A stretch of DNA of 64,000 nucleotides from Adineta vaga (taxonomy: Eukaryota > Animalia > Rotifera), in assembly GCA_021613535.1 (NCBI GenBank), contig CP075496.1, forward strand, positions 8,680,001 through 8,744,000, in the 5' to 3' direction. The translations under genes were made by a program, and so were the position numbers. The notes under the pieces are model-generated. The model was not told the DNA's origin, searched no databases, and saw only the letters and a list, made by a program, of their open reading frames with translations. Below, one piece after another: positions 12,496-26,040 of this stretch (its first letter is position 1; every line of letters starts with the position of its first letter).

Positions 12496-15400
12496 ATGGC
12501 AGGTGCAGAAGAAATCAATCTAGCACCAATGAATCCACCACAGGCACCTGCTGCTAATAATCAATTGGTAGCAGTAATGCATAATGGATGGTAACTAAAA
12601 ATGAATGACCTACAATTGATAATTTGTTTCTTTCTTTTTTACAAAATAGGAGCAGACGTGCTAAAATTTTAACTGGTGTTGGAGCTGTCGTTGGTATGGT
12701 TGTATTCACCGTAACATTGCTCGTACCTATACTTGTGACACATAATAAATATAGTACAGATACAAGTAAATAATATGACTCAATTATGTTCTTTTCTCAT
12801 TTCACATCATTCATTTCAGCAATATCCATCATTCCAACTACCACACTCACCACAACAACAACTACAGTAACAACAAGCACATCAACGTCATCAACATCAA
12901 CAACATCCACTGCTACTACTAGCACTTCTAGTACTAGCAGTACTTCGACTTCATCAACATCAACAACATCCACCGCTACTACCAGCACCACCAGTACTAG
13001 CACTACTTCGACTTCGTCAACATCAACATCATCCACCGCTACTACTAGCACTTCTAGTACTAGCAGTACTTCGACTTCGTCAACATCAACAACATCCACC
13101 GCTACTACCAGCACTACTAGTACTAGCAGTACTTCGACTTCATCAACATCAACAACATCCACTGCTACTACCAGCACCACCAGTACTAGCAGTACTTCGA
13201 CTTCGTCAACATCAACATCATCCACTGCTACTACTAGCACTTCTAGTACTAGCAGTACTTCGACTTCATCAACATCAACAACATCCACTGCTACTACCAG
13301 CACCACCAGTACTAGCAGTACTTCGACTTCATCAACATCAACATCATCCACTGCTACTACCGGCACTACTAGTACTAGCAGTACTTCGACTTCGTCAACA
13401 TCAACATCATCCACTGCTACTACCAGCACCACCAGTACTAGCAGTACTTCGACTTCGTCAACATCAACATCATCCACTGCTACTACCGGCACTACTAGTA
13501 CTAGCAGTACTTCGACTTCGTCAACATCAACATCATCCACTGCTACTACCAGCACCACCAGTACTAGCAGTACTTCGACTTCATCAACATCAACATCATC
13601 CACTGCTACTACCGGCACTACTAGTACTAGCAGTACTTCGACTTCGTCAACATCAACATCATCCACTGCTACTACCAGCACCACCAGTACTAGCAGTACT
13701 TCGACTTCGTCAACATCAACATCATCCACTGCTACTACCGGCACTACTAGTACTAGCAGTACTTCGACTTCGTCAACATCCACTGCTACTACTAGCACTT
13801 CTAGTACTAGCAGTACTTCGACTTCATCAACATCAACATCATCCACTGCTACTACCAGCACCACCAGTACTAGCAGTACTTCGACTTCATCAACATCAAC
13901 ATCATCCACTGCTACTACCGGCACTACTAGTACTAGCAGTACTTCGACTTCGTCAACATCAACATCATCCACCGCCACTACCAGCACCACCAGTACTAGC
14001 AGTACTTCGACTTCATCAACATCAACATCATCCACTGCTACTACCGGCACTACTAGTACTAGCAGTACTTCGACTTCGTCAACATCAACAACATCCACTG
14101 CTACTACCTCAACGTCTGTTACATCAACAACAGCAACAACAACAACTGCAACTAGTAGCACGTCTAGCTCTTCTACCAGCACCTCAACATCACTCACATC
14201 CACTTCCAGCACTTCCAGTTCAACATCGACCACGAATTCAATATCCACCTCTACTACAACCATCGATACCACCACTATATCAACCACCACCACTACTACC
14301 TCAACGTCCACTTCTACCAGTACCTCAACATCAAACACTGACACCACAAGCACCTCCACCACTACTACCTCAACGTCCACTTCTACAAGTACCACAACAT
14401 CAAACACTGACACCACAAGCACCTCCACCACTACTACCTCAACGTCCACTTCAACCAGTACCACAACATCAAACACTGACACCACAAGCACCTCCACCAC
14501 TACTACCTCAACGTCCATTTCTACAAGTACCACAACATCAAACACGGATACCACAAGCACCTCCACCACTACTACCTCAACGTCCATTTCTACAAGTACC
14601 ACAACATCAAACACGGATACCACAAGCACCTCCACCACTACTACCTCAACGTCCACTTCAACAAGTACCACAACATCAAACACTGACACCACAAGCACCT
14701 CCACCACTACTACCTCAACGTCCACTTCAACAAGTACCACAACATCAAACACTGACACCACAAGCACCTCCACCACTACTACCTCAACGTCCACTTCTAC
14801 AAGTACCACAACATCAAACACTGACACCACAAGCACCTCCACCACTACTACCTCAACGTCCACTTCAACAAGTACCACAACATCAAACACTGACACCACA
14901 AGCACCTCCACCACTACTACCTCAACGTCCACTTCAACAAGTACCACAACATCAAACACGGATACCACAAGCACCTCCACCACTACTACCTCAACGTCCA
15001 TTTCTACAAGTACCACAACATCAAACACGGATACCACAAGCACCTCCACCACTACTACCTCAACGTCCACTTCAACAAGTACCACAACATCAAACACGGA
15101 TACCACAAGCACCTCCACCACTACTACCTCAACGTCCACTTCAACAAGTACCACAACATCAAACACTGACACCACAAGCACCTCCACCACTACTACTACC
15201 TCAACGTCCACTTCTACAAGTACCACAACATCAAACACTGACACCACAAGCACCTCCACCACTACTACCTCAACGTCCACTTCTACAAGTACCACAACAT
15301 CAAACACTGACACCACAAGCACCTCCACCACTACTACCTCAACGTCCACTTCAACAAGTACCACAACATCAAACACTGACACCACAAGCACCTCCACCAC

Positions 15401-18400
15401 TACTACCTCAACGTCCACTTCAACAAGTACCACAACATCAAACACGGATACCACAAGCACCTCCACCACTACTACCTCAACGTCCACTTCTACAAGTACC
15501 ACAACATCAAACACTGACACCACAAGCACCTCCACCACTACTACCTCAACGTCCACTTCAACAAGTACCACAACATCAAACACTGACACCACAAGCACCT
15601 CCACCACTACTACCTCAACGTCCATTTCTACAAGTACCACAACATCAAACACGGATACCACAAGCACCTCCACCACTACTACCTCAACGTCCATTTCTAC
15701 AAGTACCTGGACATCCACTTCTACTAGTACTTCAACATCGACTTCTACCGGTACATCAACGTCCACTTCTACCACTACCTCAACGTCCACGACAGATACT
15801 ACCAGCACTAGTACTTCAACGTCCACTTCTACTAGTACTTCAACTTCGACTGCTACCAGTACCTCGACATCCACGACAGATACTACTAGTACTAGTACCT
15901 CGACATCCACTTCTTCTAGTACTTCAACGTCCACTTCTACCAGTACCTCAACATCCACTTCTACTAGTACCTCGACATCCACCACGGATACTACCAGCAC
16001 CAGTACCTCAACGTCCACGACAGATACTACTAGTACTAGTACCTCGACATCCACTTCTACTAGTACTTCAACATCCACTTCAACCACTAGCTCAACGTCC
16101 ACGACAGATACTACTAGTACTAGTACCTCAACATCCACTTCTTCTAGTACTTCAACGTCCACTTCTACTAGTACTTCAACTTCGACTGCTACCAGTACCT
16201 CGACATCGACTTCAACCACTACCTCGACATCCACGACAGATACTACTAGTACTAGTACCTCGACATCCACTTCTTCTAGTACTTCAACGTCCACTTCTAC
16301 CAGTACCTCAACATCCACTTCTACTAGTACCTCGACATCCACCACGGATACTACCAGCACCAGTACCTCAACGTCCACGACAGATACTACTAGTACTAGT
16401 ACCTCGACATCCACTTCTACTAGTACTTCAACATCCACTTCAACCACTAGGCTCAACGTCCACGACAGATACTACTAGTACTAGTACCTCAACATCCACT
16501 TCTTCTAGTACTTCAACGTCCACTTCTACTAGTACTTCAACTTCGACTGCTACCAGTACCTCGACATCGACTTCAACCACTACCTCAACGTCCACGACAG
16601 ATACTACCAGCACTAGTACCTCGACATCCACTTCTACCAGTACCTCAACGTCCACGACTGATACTACTAGTACTAGTACCTCGACATCCACTTCTACTAG
16701 TACTTCAACATCCACTTCAACCACTAGCTCAACGTCCACGACAGATACTACTAGTACTAGTACCTCAACATCCACTTCTTCTAGTACTTCAACGTCCACT
16801 TCTACTAGTACTTCAACTTCGACTGCTACCAGTACCTCGACATCCACTTCAACCACTACCTCAACGTCCACGACAGATACTACCAGTACTAGTACCTCGA
16901 CATCCACTTCTTCTAGTACTTCAACGTCCACTTCTACCACTACCTCGACATCCACGACAGATACTACCAGCACTAGTACCTCGACATCCACTTCTACCAG
17001 TACCTCAACGTCCACGACTGATACTACTAGTACTAGTACCTCGACATCCACTTCTACTAGTACTTCAACATCCACTTCAACCACTAGCTCAACGTCCACG
17101 ACAGATACTACTAGTACTAGTACCTCAACATCCACTTCTTCTAGTACTTCAACGTCCACTTCTACTAGTACTTCAACTTCGACTGCTACCAGTACCTCGA
17201 CATCCACTTCAACCACTACCTCAACGTCCACGACAGATACTACCAGTACTAGTACCTCGACATCCACTTCTTCTAGTACTTCAACATCCACTTCAACCAC
17301 TAGCTCAACGTCCACGACAGATACTACTAGTACTAGTACCTCAACATCCACTTCTTCTAGTACTTCAACGTCCACTTCTACTAGTACTTCAACTTCGACT
17401 GCTACCAGTACCTCGACATCCACTTCAACCACTACCTCAACGTCCACGACAGATACTACCAGTACTAGTACCTCGACATCCACTTCTTCTAGTACTTCAA
17501 CGTCCACTTCTACCACTACCTCGACATCCACGACAGATACTACCAGCACTAGTACCTCGACATCCACTTCTACCAGTACCTCAACGTCCACGACTGATAC
17601 TACTAGTACTAGTACCTCGACATCCACTTCTTCTAGTACTTCAACGTCCACTACTACCAAGTACCTCAACGTCCACGACAGATACTACGAGCACTAGTAC
17701 CTCGACATCCACTTCTACTAGTACCTCGACATCCACCACGGATACTACCAGCACTAGTGCCTCAACATCCACGACGGATACTACAAGCACTAGTTCTTCA
17801 ACATCCACGACAGATACCACCAGCACTAGTTCATCGACATCCAGATACCACTACGACCAGTAAATGCTCACTTAGTACATACCCACGATACACGGATACC
17901 ACCACGATACTACCAGCACCAGTTCTAGGTACATCCAACTGACACCACGGACTGATTACCTGAGGTAGCACAGCTGACGGCGTCGTCGACGTCGTCAACC
18001 ACCAATTCAACCACGACTCAAACAGGTAAATATAAAAGAAATGATTTGGTAAAGCCTTGATTCCACACGATAGCGTTTTAGGTCGTAAGAAAAAGAAGAG
18101 CGCATTTTGATCGTTTAGATGATTGTTGAGAATGTAGGCGTTTTGATGAATGTTGCATCTTGATTGCATATAGATTGGGATGTTGAAGTGTAGAAGAATG
18201 CCCAAGATGACCTTCATATGTAGTCGATAGATCACATTTCTCATTTCGAAGTACGGTAGCGGTCGTGTGAGTTAGCAGGCGTAACCAGAAAAAACTGTAA
18301 ATGATGGGTTCGACCTCTTTGTTTGCGGTACTCTAGGAAGTATCAGATTAAATTACATTGTTATTGGAATGAGAAAGATCGAATTTTTCGATTATTTGAT

Positions 18401-19917
18401 TGGTAAATAAAAGAAGTGTAGGTTGAATGATTACAATCGTAGAAAAATTCAATTTATGTTATAAATGACAGTGCTAAAATACAAATTCCTGGAGAGTGTG
18501 AAATATATCATTGCTATATCATTCAGAGAGAATAAGAAGTTATGTTGTAGCATGTAGAATATCACGATATATTGATCATGTACTTCACTACTACTTATTT
18601 ATTATATAATTCATATATAAAATGTTACAAAAGAAAAGTATTCAAATAATTACTTACTCTGTGACAAAGCATAAATGAAGTTTTAAAGAAAGTTGAACAG
18701 TTGTGTATGTAACAAGTTTACATATTCATTTTTAGTTTTGCCATCTCAATTGGATGTGCTACCTGATACAGTTGAAGCTCTTTGGGATACAGTTGCTGGT
18801 GGAAACAGTACTTTGGCTGTCAGAGGTACTGGTCCTGGAACTTATATTACGAGTGAATCTATTGATAATCTATTTGATGGTGATCTCACAACACGATATG
18901 GTAGTCGTGGTAATTCCTCGTCTGGCAATAATTGGTATGCTGGTATCAATACTGGATTCTATGTTACCGTTGCACAATGTCAACCAGTTCTTATTGGATT
19001 TCGTTTCGGTAATGCTTACAATGGTACAACACGTGAGCCACTTGCAATCACAATTGAAGGAACAAATTGTGATGATTTACTCACGTGTACCAATTGGACA
19101 AGCATGTATAGTGGAACGACAGGTCTCGATATTGCCATATCAAGTTCATCATATGGTGAATATCAACCAATTTCAAATACAAATACTTACAGCAGTTATC
19201 GATTTCTGGTGACACAAAAACGTAGCAGAAGTTCGTATGTAAGTTATAGTGAAGTACAATTGTTTGGGTATACAAATTATACAGCAGGTTCTCTGAATGC
19301 AACAGCAAGTAAGTTATTCTGGTTTTGTCATTATAAGTAAATAAATGAACGATATGTTGATTTTTTTTAAAGATTCATCGACATTATTGTCAATTAAATC
19401 TGGATCAATAGAACCCTTGTGGAATACGGCCATTGGTGGAATAAGTGAACTTGCTACGGAAGCTACATCAGGTGTTGGGACATATTTAACTAACATGGGA
19501 CCAGATAAATTGTTTGATGGTCTGAATAGTACTAGATATTCAAGTCGAGGTAATTCTAGTGTGACAACATCGTCCCAGACTGCCGGTCTCTACACTGGTT
19601 TCTTTTTTACTATTGCACGATGTCAAACAACACTTGATAAATTTCGAATTGCTACTTCTAATATCGGCCTGAATAGTGATCCTACTTTCACGATAGTAGA
19701 AGGAACTAATTGTGTTAGTGCATTAAATTGTACTATTTGGACAACAATCTATAATGGACCAACAGGTATATCAGGTGTGTCAAATCGTACAACATTTGGA
19801 GATTGGCAAAATATAACAACGCCCACAGCTTTTCCAAGTTATCGTTTTACTATGATTAGTAAGAAAGGTAGTAGTCCTTATCTTGCATACGGTGAAATCG
19901 AACTGTACGGTTATTAG
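12496..19917 (+). CDS. Type II membrane mucin-like protein A: TM, about 1700-aa Thr/Ser stalk, two galactose-binding-like (F5/8C/discoidin-like) domains
   Basis: Exons 12496-12590, 12650-12765 (TM ILTGVGAVVGMVVFTVTLLVPILV), 12820-about 18025, 18736-19308, 19373-19917. Both C-terminal domains show LFDG..TRY and YRF...R/K...Y.E..L.GY. Frameshifts at about 16451, 17660 and 17830-18020 lie inside the repeats. Confidence 0.8.
12909..14105 (+). repeat. Coding tandem repeat, 63-bp unit (21 aa, TATTSTSSTSSTSTSSTSTTS), about 19 copies
   Basis: Periodicity read directly from DNA and translation. Confidence 0.9.
14331..15705 (+). repeat. Coding tandem repeat, 69-bp unit (23 aa, SNTDTTSTSTTTTSTSTSTSTTT), about 20 copies
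   Basis: Unit tcaaacactgacaccacaagcacctccaccactactacctcaacgtccacttctacaagtaccacaaca repeats with few variants. Confidence 0.92.
15720..17830 (+). repeat. Coding STTDTTSTST-type repeat with a 360-bp higher-order period
   Basis: The 60-nt lines starting at 15961 and 16321 are identical, as are those starting at 16741 and 17101. Confidence 0.85.
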
Positions 19918-22900
19918 TGAATTTTAATTTCAATCAGACTATTTCATAACTATTTTTAATAGTTATATAAAAAAAAACGTTTTCAATTTTTCTCATATAC
20001 ATATACATTTCAAGTTTTAATTTTGTTTGTTTTTGCTTATTTAACATTTATTACTCTCACAGCATGGCTTTCTCTAACACTTGTTTTCTTAATTTTCAAT
20101 AAACTCCACGAAAGACAATGATATACGATATGTCCATATACAATTCAGAAAAGATGGATATTGGATTCTAAAATTCTGTAAAAATTCATGATTTCGCTGA
20201 ATATATATTCAATTTTAACTTCTATAATACGCACTTTATTGCTTAAGATGATTACATAAATCTACTTTAGTTCTTAATTATTAAACGTGTATATTCAAAA
20301 TATATTGACAGTTATACTTTATTAAAATACGTCTTTTCAAAGAGAAATACTCCATCATATGTAATATCATCGAAGTCTATAGAACAAAATCATTACATGA
20401 TTTAATTAGTTAAATAAGATTTTATTTTCGTCAGATTTTCAAGTGGGATGTGTCACTTCATGTCTCATTTTTATTAGTAAATTCATTTCCGTTAGTTTCT
20501 CATGTCTAATCTTTTTTCATTAGCATAATAATGATAAGCATTGAATGAGCAATAGAAAAGAGTTAATTGTTCAATTAATATAATGGCACACTAGTATGAA
20601 AGAAAACAAAGATTAACACGCGATTTCTTTAGAAATAGAGAAAAACAAGTTATTTAACTTTTTTTTAGAATGATTTCGTTGTTGCATTTGTGATAAAACG
20701 GTAGAGATGAAAAATACTTCCGCTTGCCTTTTCTGTGTATAACATTTTATTCAGTAGATATAAAAAATAACATACTTCTATGTTTAGACAATCGATGAAA
20801 GTTTTTTTTTTCTCTCATTTAAAATGATTATATTTCAGTCAAACAATAACCAAATGTCTGTAGAGAACAAAAGCGTTCTACTTGAACTATGTCGTCGTAT
20901 TCATTTTACTTAACTAAATGTTTTGTTTTTACGCTGTTTATCAGGGAAATCTTTGTCGTCAACAAAATATATATGTAATATAAATGATTACGATTTGACG
21001 ATTCTCATTGTAGAGAGGAGAAAGTCACTTTCTTTTATCAGAGATAGAAAAATAATGACATCGATGGAAATTAAACGTTATGAAATCAAGTGCTATTTAT
21101 CAATCAAAATCCTATTGAATTATTATTGTCTCATAGCAACAATTACAACTTTAGTAGTTTTTGTTTTTAACATATGAAACTTTAAAGATGAAAAAGAGTA
21201 TACATCATTTGATTTCTAGAATTACATTTAGATTCAGTCTATTCTAATACCATTGTTTGTAGACAAAATGACTTCAAATTAGAAATGCCAATCGACGAAA
21301 GAAGATATGATGAATAGTCATTATGTATAAACGTTTCCAGGGTCATCGACTAACAAAGGTGAAAAAAAAATTTGTTTTTCTCTTTCTCTAAAAACATCAA
21401 CCGTTGCTATTGTATTAATTAAAATAGTCAGTTTTTGTCAGAAAAAAAAGAGAGCTCTCTATGTTATTCAAAAGGACTACTTTTCTTGTCAGTCATCATT
21501 CTCATCATAACGTATCTATTTTACGTATAATCTCGGCTTTTCTCCTCTGTTTTTCAGTAATATCCAATGTTTTAAAACAAATTTTTTAACTAAAGTCGTC
21601 TCCGATTTGGAGTATTATTGAGTAAATCTTTAGATTCAGAAAGATTCTCGAAATATTGAAAGAGATAAAACGCTATTTTATGACTGTGATTGATAGTTTC
21701 TGTATACAAATAACTTGTTACTTAACACCAAAGGAATCTGTAAGAAGATAAGTTATTTGTTTCATGTTTTTTGTTTTAGAAAATGTTTTTCTTTCCCAGA
21801 CAGAAGAAAAGAAGCAAAGATAAAGAAGAGAAAAGAGACACAGCGATGCGGAAAGACTCTATTTAAATATCCTGGATGTTCTATTTTCAATTAGAAATAG
21901 TTTTTTCCTAAAATCAACAGTTGATTCAGTTGATATTTACGATATTACCATAGAAGGTAGAAATCTTAATAGATTTAAACAATTATTTTGTATCAGATAA
22001 TAAGTAAGTTACATTTCTTTGTTTAGAAAGTATCGATTTCCTAATTATTATTGTACCTATCTAAAGAATTTGTATGAATCTTGTAGAAGAAAACTATTTA
22101 AGAGATCGGTGATCTAAGTTGATTTTAATATCATATTTATACAATTAGTATTATGATCACTAGTTTTGAACAATGTTTTTTCCCAGTAAAAGGTAAATAT
22201 TTTGATATAGTATTATACATATAAGAAAGTCTTTTGCTGATTTTTGAATATAATATTTCAAGTTACTTGATGACGTTGTTCATCCTTTTACTTTGTTTCC
22301 TCTTAACAACAAGAAACATCTCGTTTTTTCTCTTTTTTTTTGTTATTTCCAACGGATACAATTAGACAGTATACAACTTACTTTGATGATATTACATTAA
22401 GTGTACGTAAAAGCATCCTACTCAACAACATACTCATCTACATTTTTTCATCATGTGAACATTTTCTCCGAAATAATTTTTCATTTAATAGATGAATGGC
22501 ATAGAGAAATAGAAAAAAAACTTGTTACTAAATTGATATGCTTTTCAAATAATATTTCTTCATATTATGTTTCTTCTGTTGTAGATAGAAAGTAGATCTT
22601 CAATATGTAATTGATAGAAGCATTGTGTGAAAGGTAGGATGATACGAATAAATTATTTTAAAAATTTTAATCCGTCGAGAAATTTAACAGATGCAAAAAT
22701 AAAGTCATATATCTTATAAATAATATTATTTATTCTTACGTGAGAAAACTAATTTGAATAAACGATACCAGTTGACGTTTACTCTTGTTGTTCTTCAAAT
22801 AACATTATTTTCTTTGAAAAATGGTATGAAACACGTCTATCAATCTATATATATATATATATATCAATGAAAAATATTACTTAACTTAAACGAAACTACA

Positions 22901-22935
22901 TTTGTTTCTTTTAAGAGAATACCACACAATTCACT

Positions 22936-25881
22936 ATGCCAAGTCCCGAACAAATCAATCTTGCACCGGTCCCTACCAATGATTTAGTTACGGTGGGGCG
23001 TAGAGGATGGTATGTATGATATTCCTTCTAATTTTCATATGTTACGAAATTCATTTACTAGGAGTCGACGGGCAAAGGTACTGATTGCTACTGCTGGTCT
23101 GGTTGGTCTGGTTGTATTTACAGTAACTCTCTTGGTGCCCATAATTGTAACCCGCGACAAATATACCTCATCAACATCAACTACCACCACTACAAGTACT
23201 ACCACGTCGACAACAACGGTGACTACATCCACTACCTCATCCTCTACCAGCTCCACCTCCACTACTAGTACTAGCAGTACTTCAACATCATCCACATCAA
23301 CGACCACGACAACTTCAACGTCTTCAACATCCACTTCCACGACCAGCACAAGTACCACATCAACTACTTCGACAACCTCGACATCCACCACTAGTTCTAC
23401 CTCAACTTCATCCACATCCACTTCTACCAGCAGCACAAGCTCCACATCCACAAGTTCCACCTCTACATCAACTACGTCTTCTTCATCAACTTCGTCAACA
23501 AGTTCCACGTCCACCACTAGTTCTACCTCAACATCATCCACATCCACTTCTACCAGCAGCACGAGCTCCACATCCACAAGTTCCACCTCCACATCAACTA
23601 CGTCTTCTTCATCAACTTCGTCAACAAGTTCCACGTCCACCACTAGTTCTACCTCAACTTCATCCACATCCACAAGTTCCACCTCTACATCAACTACGTC
23701 TTCTTCATCAACTTCGTCAACAAGCTCGACATCCACCACTAGTTCCACTTCAACTTCGACCACATCCACATCCACAAGTTCCACCTCTACATCAACTACG
23801 TCTTCTACATCAACTACCACAACGTCTTCGACTTCTTCGACTAGCTCAACTTCGACTTCCTCAACATCCACTTCAACTACCAGCACTAGTACCACATCAA
23901 CCACTTCGACCGCTACAACTTCTTCCACCAGTTCTACAAGTAGTTCATCGTCTACATCCACATCCACCTCGTCAACATCATCTTCGTCCACATCCAGTTC
24001 TTCGACATCAACTTCTTCAACATCAACCACATCGTCCTCTTCTACTACCACTACATCAACATCCACTTCTTCTACTTCCACTTCGTCAACATCCACCTCT
24101 TCATCTACAACTTCATCCACATCCAGTTCTTCGACATCAACTACCTCCACCTCTTCAACGTCCACAACATCCACATCCACATCCACCTCTTCGACTTCCA
24201 CTTCGTCAACATCCACCTCTTCATCAACAACTTCATCAACGTCCACCTCGTCAACATCCAGCTCTTCAACATCTTCTTCGTCCACATCCAGTTCTTCGAC
24301 ATCAACTACCTCTACCTCTTCAACATCCACAACGTCAACATCCACTTCTTCTACCTCTACCTCTTCATCAACAACTTCGTCATCATCCTCTTCGTCCACA
24401 TCCACCTCTTCTACTTCGAGTTCTTCAACTTCCACATCTTCTACGTCGACTTCGTCTACATCCACCAGTTCATCATCAACGTCCACCTCCTCAACATCCA
24501 GTTCTTCGACAGCGACATCCACTACGTCCACATCGTCATCTACAACATCAACGACAACATCCACTACATCGACGACTACAACAACTACCATCGGTATGTT
24601 GTCATTTCGTTAAAATTTCATTCGAATCAGCTTACATTCAGCTATTCATCTTCTTTTCTCTTGACAAATACTATGATTCTATTTCCATTACATTACTTCT
24701 AGTTTTGCCATCTCAATTGGATGTACTACCTGATACTGTTGAAGCTCTTTGGGATACAGTTGCTGGTGGAAACAGTACTTTGGCTGTCAGAGGTACCGGT
24801 GCTGGAACTTATATTACGAGTGAATCTATTGATAATCTATTTGATGGTGATCTCACAACACGATATGGTAGTCGTGGTAATTCCTCGTCTGGCAATAATT
24901 GGTATGCTGGTATCAATACTGGATTCTATGTTACCGTTGCACAATGTCAACCAGTTCTTATTGGATTTCGTTTCGGTAATGCTTACAATGGTACAACACG
25001 TGAGCCACTTGCAATCACAATTGAAGGAACAAATTGTGATGATTTACTCACGTGTACCAATTGGACAAGCATGTATAGTGGAACGACAGGTCTCGATATT
25101 GCCATATCAAGTTCATCATATGGTGAATATCAACCAATTTCAAATACAAATACTTACAGCAGTTATCGATTTCTGGTGACACAAAAACGTAACAGAAGTT
25201 CGTATGTAAGTTATAGTGAAGTACAATTGTTTGGCTATACAAATTATACAGCAGGTTCTCTGAATGCAACAGCAAGTAAGTTATTCTGGTTTTGTCATTA
25301 TAAGCAAATAAATGAACGATATGTTGATTTTTTTTAAAGATTCATCGACATTATTGTCAATTAAATATGGATCAATAGAACCCTTGTGGAACACAGCCAT
25401 TGGTGGAATAAGTGAACTTGCTACGGAAGCTACATCAGGTGTTGGGACATATTTAACTAGCCAGGGACCAGATAAATTGTTTGACAGTAGTTTTACTACA
25501 AGATACTCAAGTCGAGGTGACTCAAATGTTACGGGATCAAATACGAATGCCGGTCTCAATACTGGTTTCTTTTTTACTATTGCACGATGTCAAACAAAAC
25601 TTGATAAATTTAGGATTGCTCCTGGAACTGTATCAGGCAGTGATCCAACCTATGTCATAATAGAAGGAACTAGTTGCAGTAGTGCATTAAATTGTACCAG
25701 TTGGACACCCCTCTACTCTGGTCCATCAGGTTTAGGAACTATTACGAATCGTTCTTCTTTTGGAGATCTTATTTCTATTGCAACACCTCAAGCCTTCGCA
25801 AGTTATCGTTTTACTGCTATCATCAAGCGTGCAGTGAGTGCTTACGTTTCATACAGTGAAATTGAACTCTATGGATATTAA
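22936..25881 (+). CDS. Type II membrane mucin-like protein B, tandem paralog of A, with about 480-aa Ser/Thr stalk and two galactose-binding-like domains
   Basis: Exons 22936-23009 (MPSPEQINLAP...GW), 23062-24593 (SRRAKVLIATAGLVGLVVFTVTLLVPIIV, then stalk), 24703-25275, 25340-25881. All phases are compatible. Confidence 0.88.
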
Positions 25882-26040
25882 TAACCCTCATGTCGTTTTT
25901 GCGAACTATTATTTTTATCATATATATATATATATACATTTCAAGCTTTATTTTTTTGCTTATTTAACATTGATTAACCTCACTGCCATCCTTTTCTTTA
26001 TTTTCAATAAATTTTGAAAACAGAAATAATCACAAACACA

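Noticed and set aside
14331-15705. Regular repeat array as a possible CRISPR
   Set aside because: No unique spacers, unit length is a multiple of 3 within an exon, context is eukaryotic and there are no cas genes.
12797-17826. Long minus-strand poly-Val/Asp/Glu ORFs (1219, 409 and 61 aa)
   Set aside because: Antisense shadows of Thr/Ser codons, which lack stops in that frame. Splice sites, TM and head domains all support the plus strand.
20000-22900. Short ORFs at 20923 and 22401, and similar 60-85 aa ORFs near 10782, 29127, 41093, 52436, 61102 and 61435
   Set aside because: F/I/L/K-rich translations typical of random AT-rich DNA, often with non-ATG starts and no supporting splice pattern.
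23035-24591. 518-aa minus-strand V/D/E ORF
   Set aside because: Same antisense shadow, of the mucin B stalk.
18754-25559. Alternative-frame ORFs duplicated in both mucin genes (152 aa plus, 75 aa minus)
   Set aside because: They recur only because the underlying DNA is near identical. No independent coding signal.
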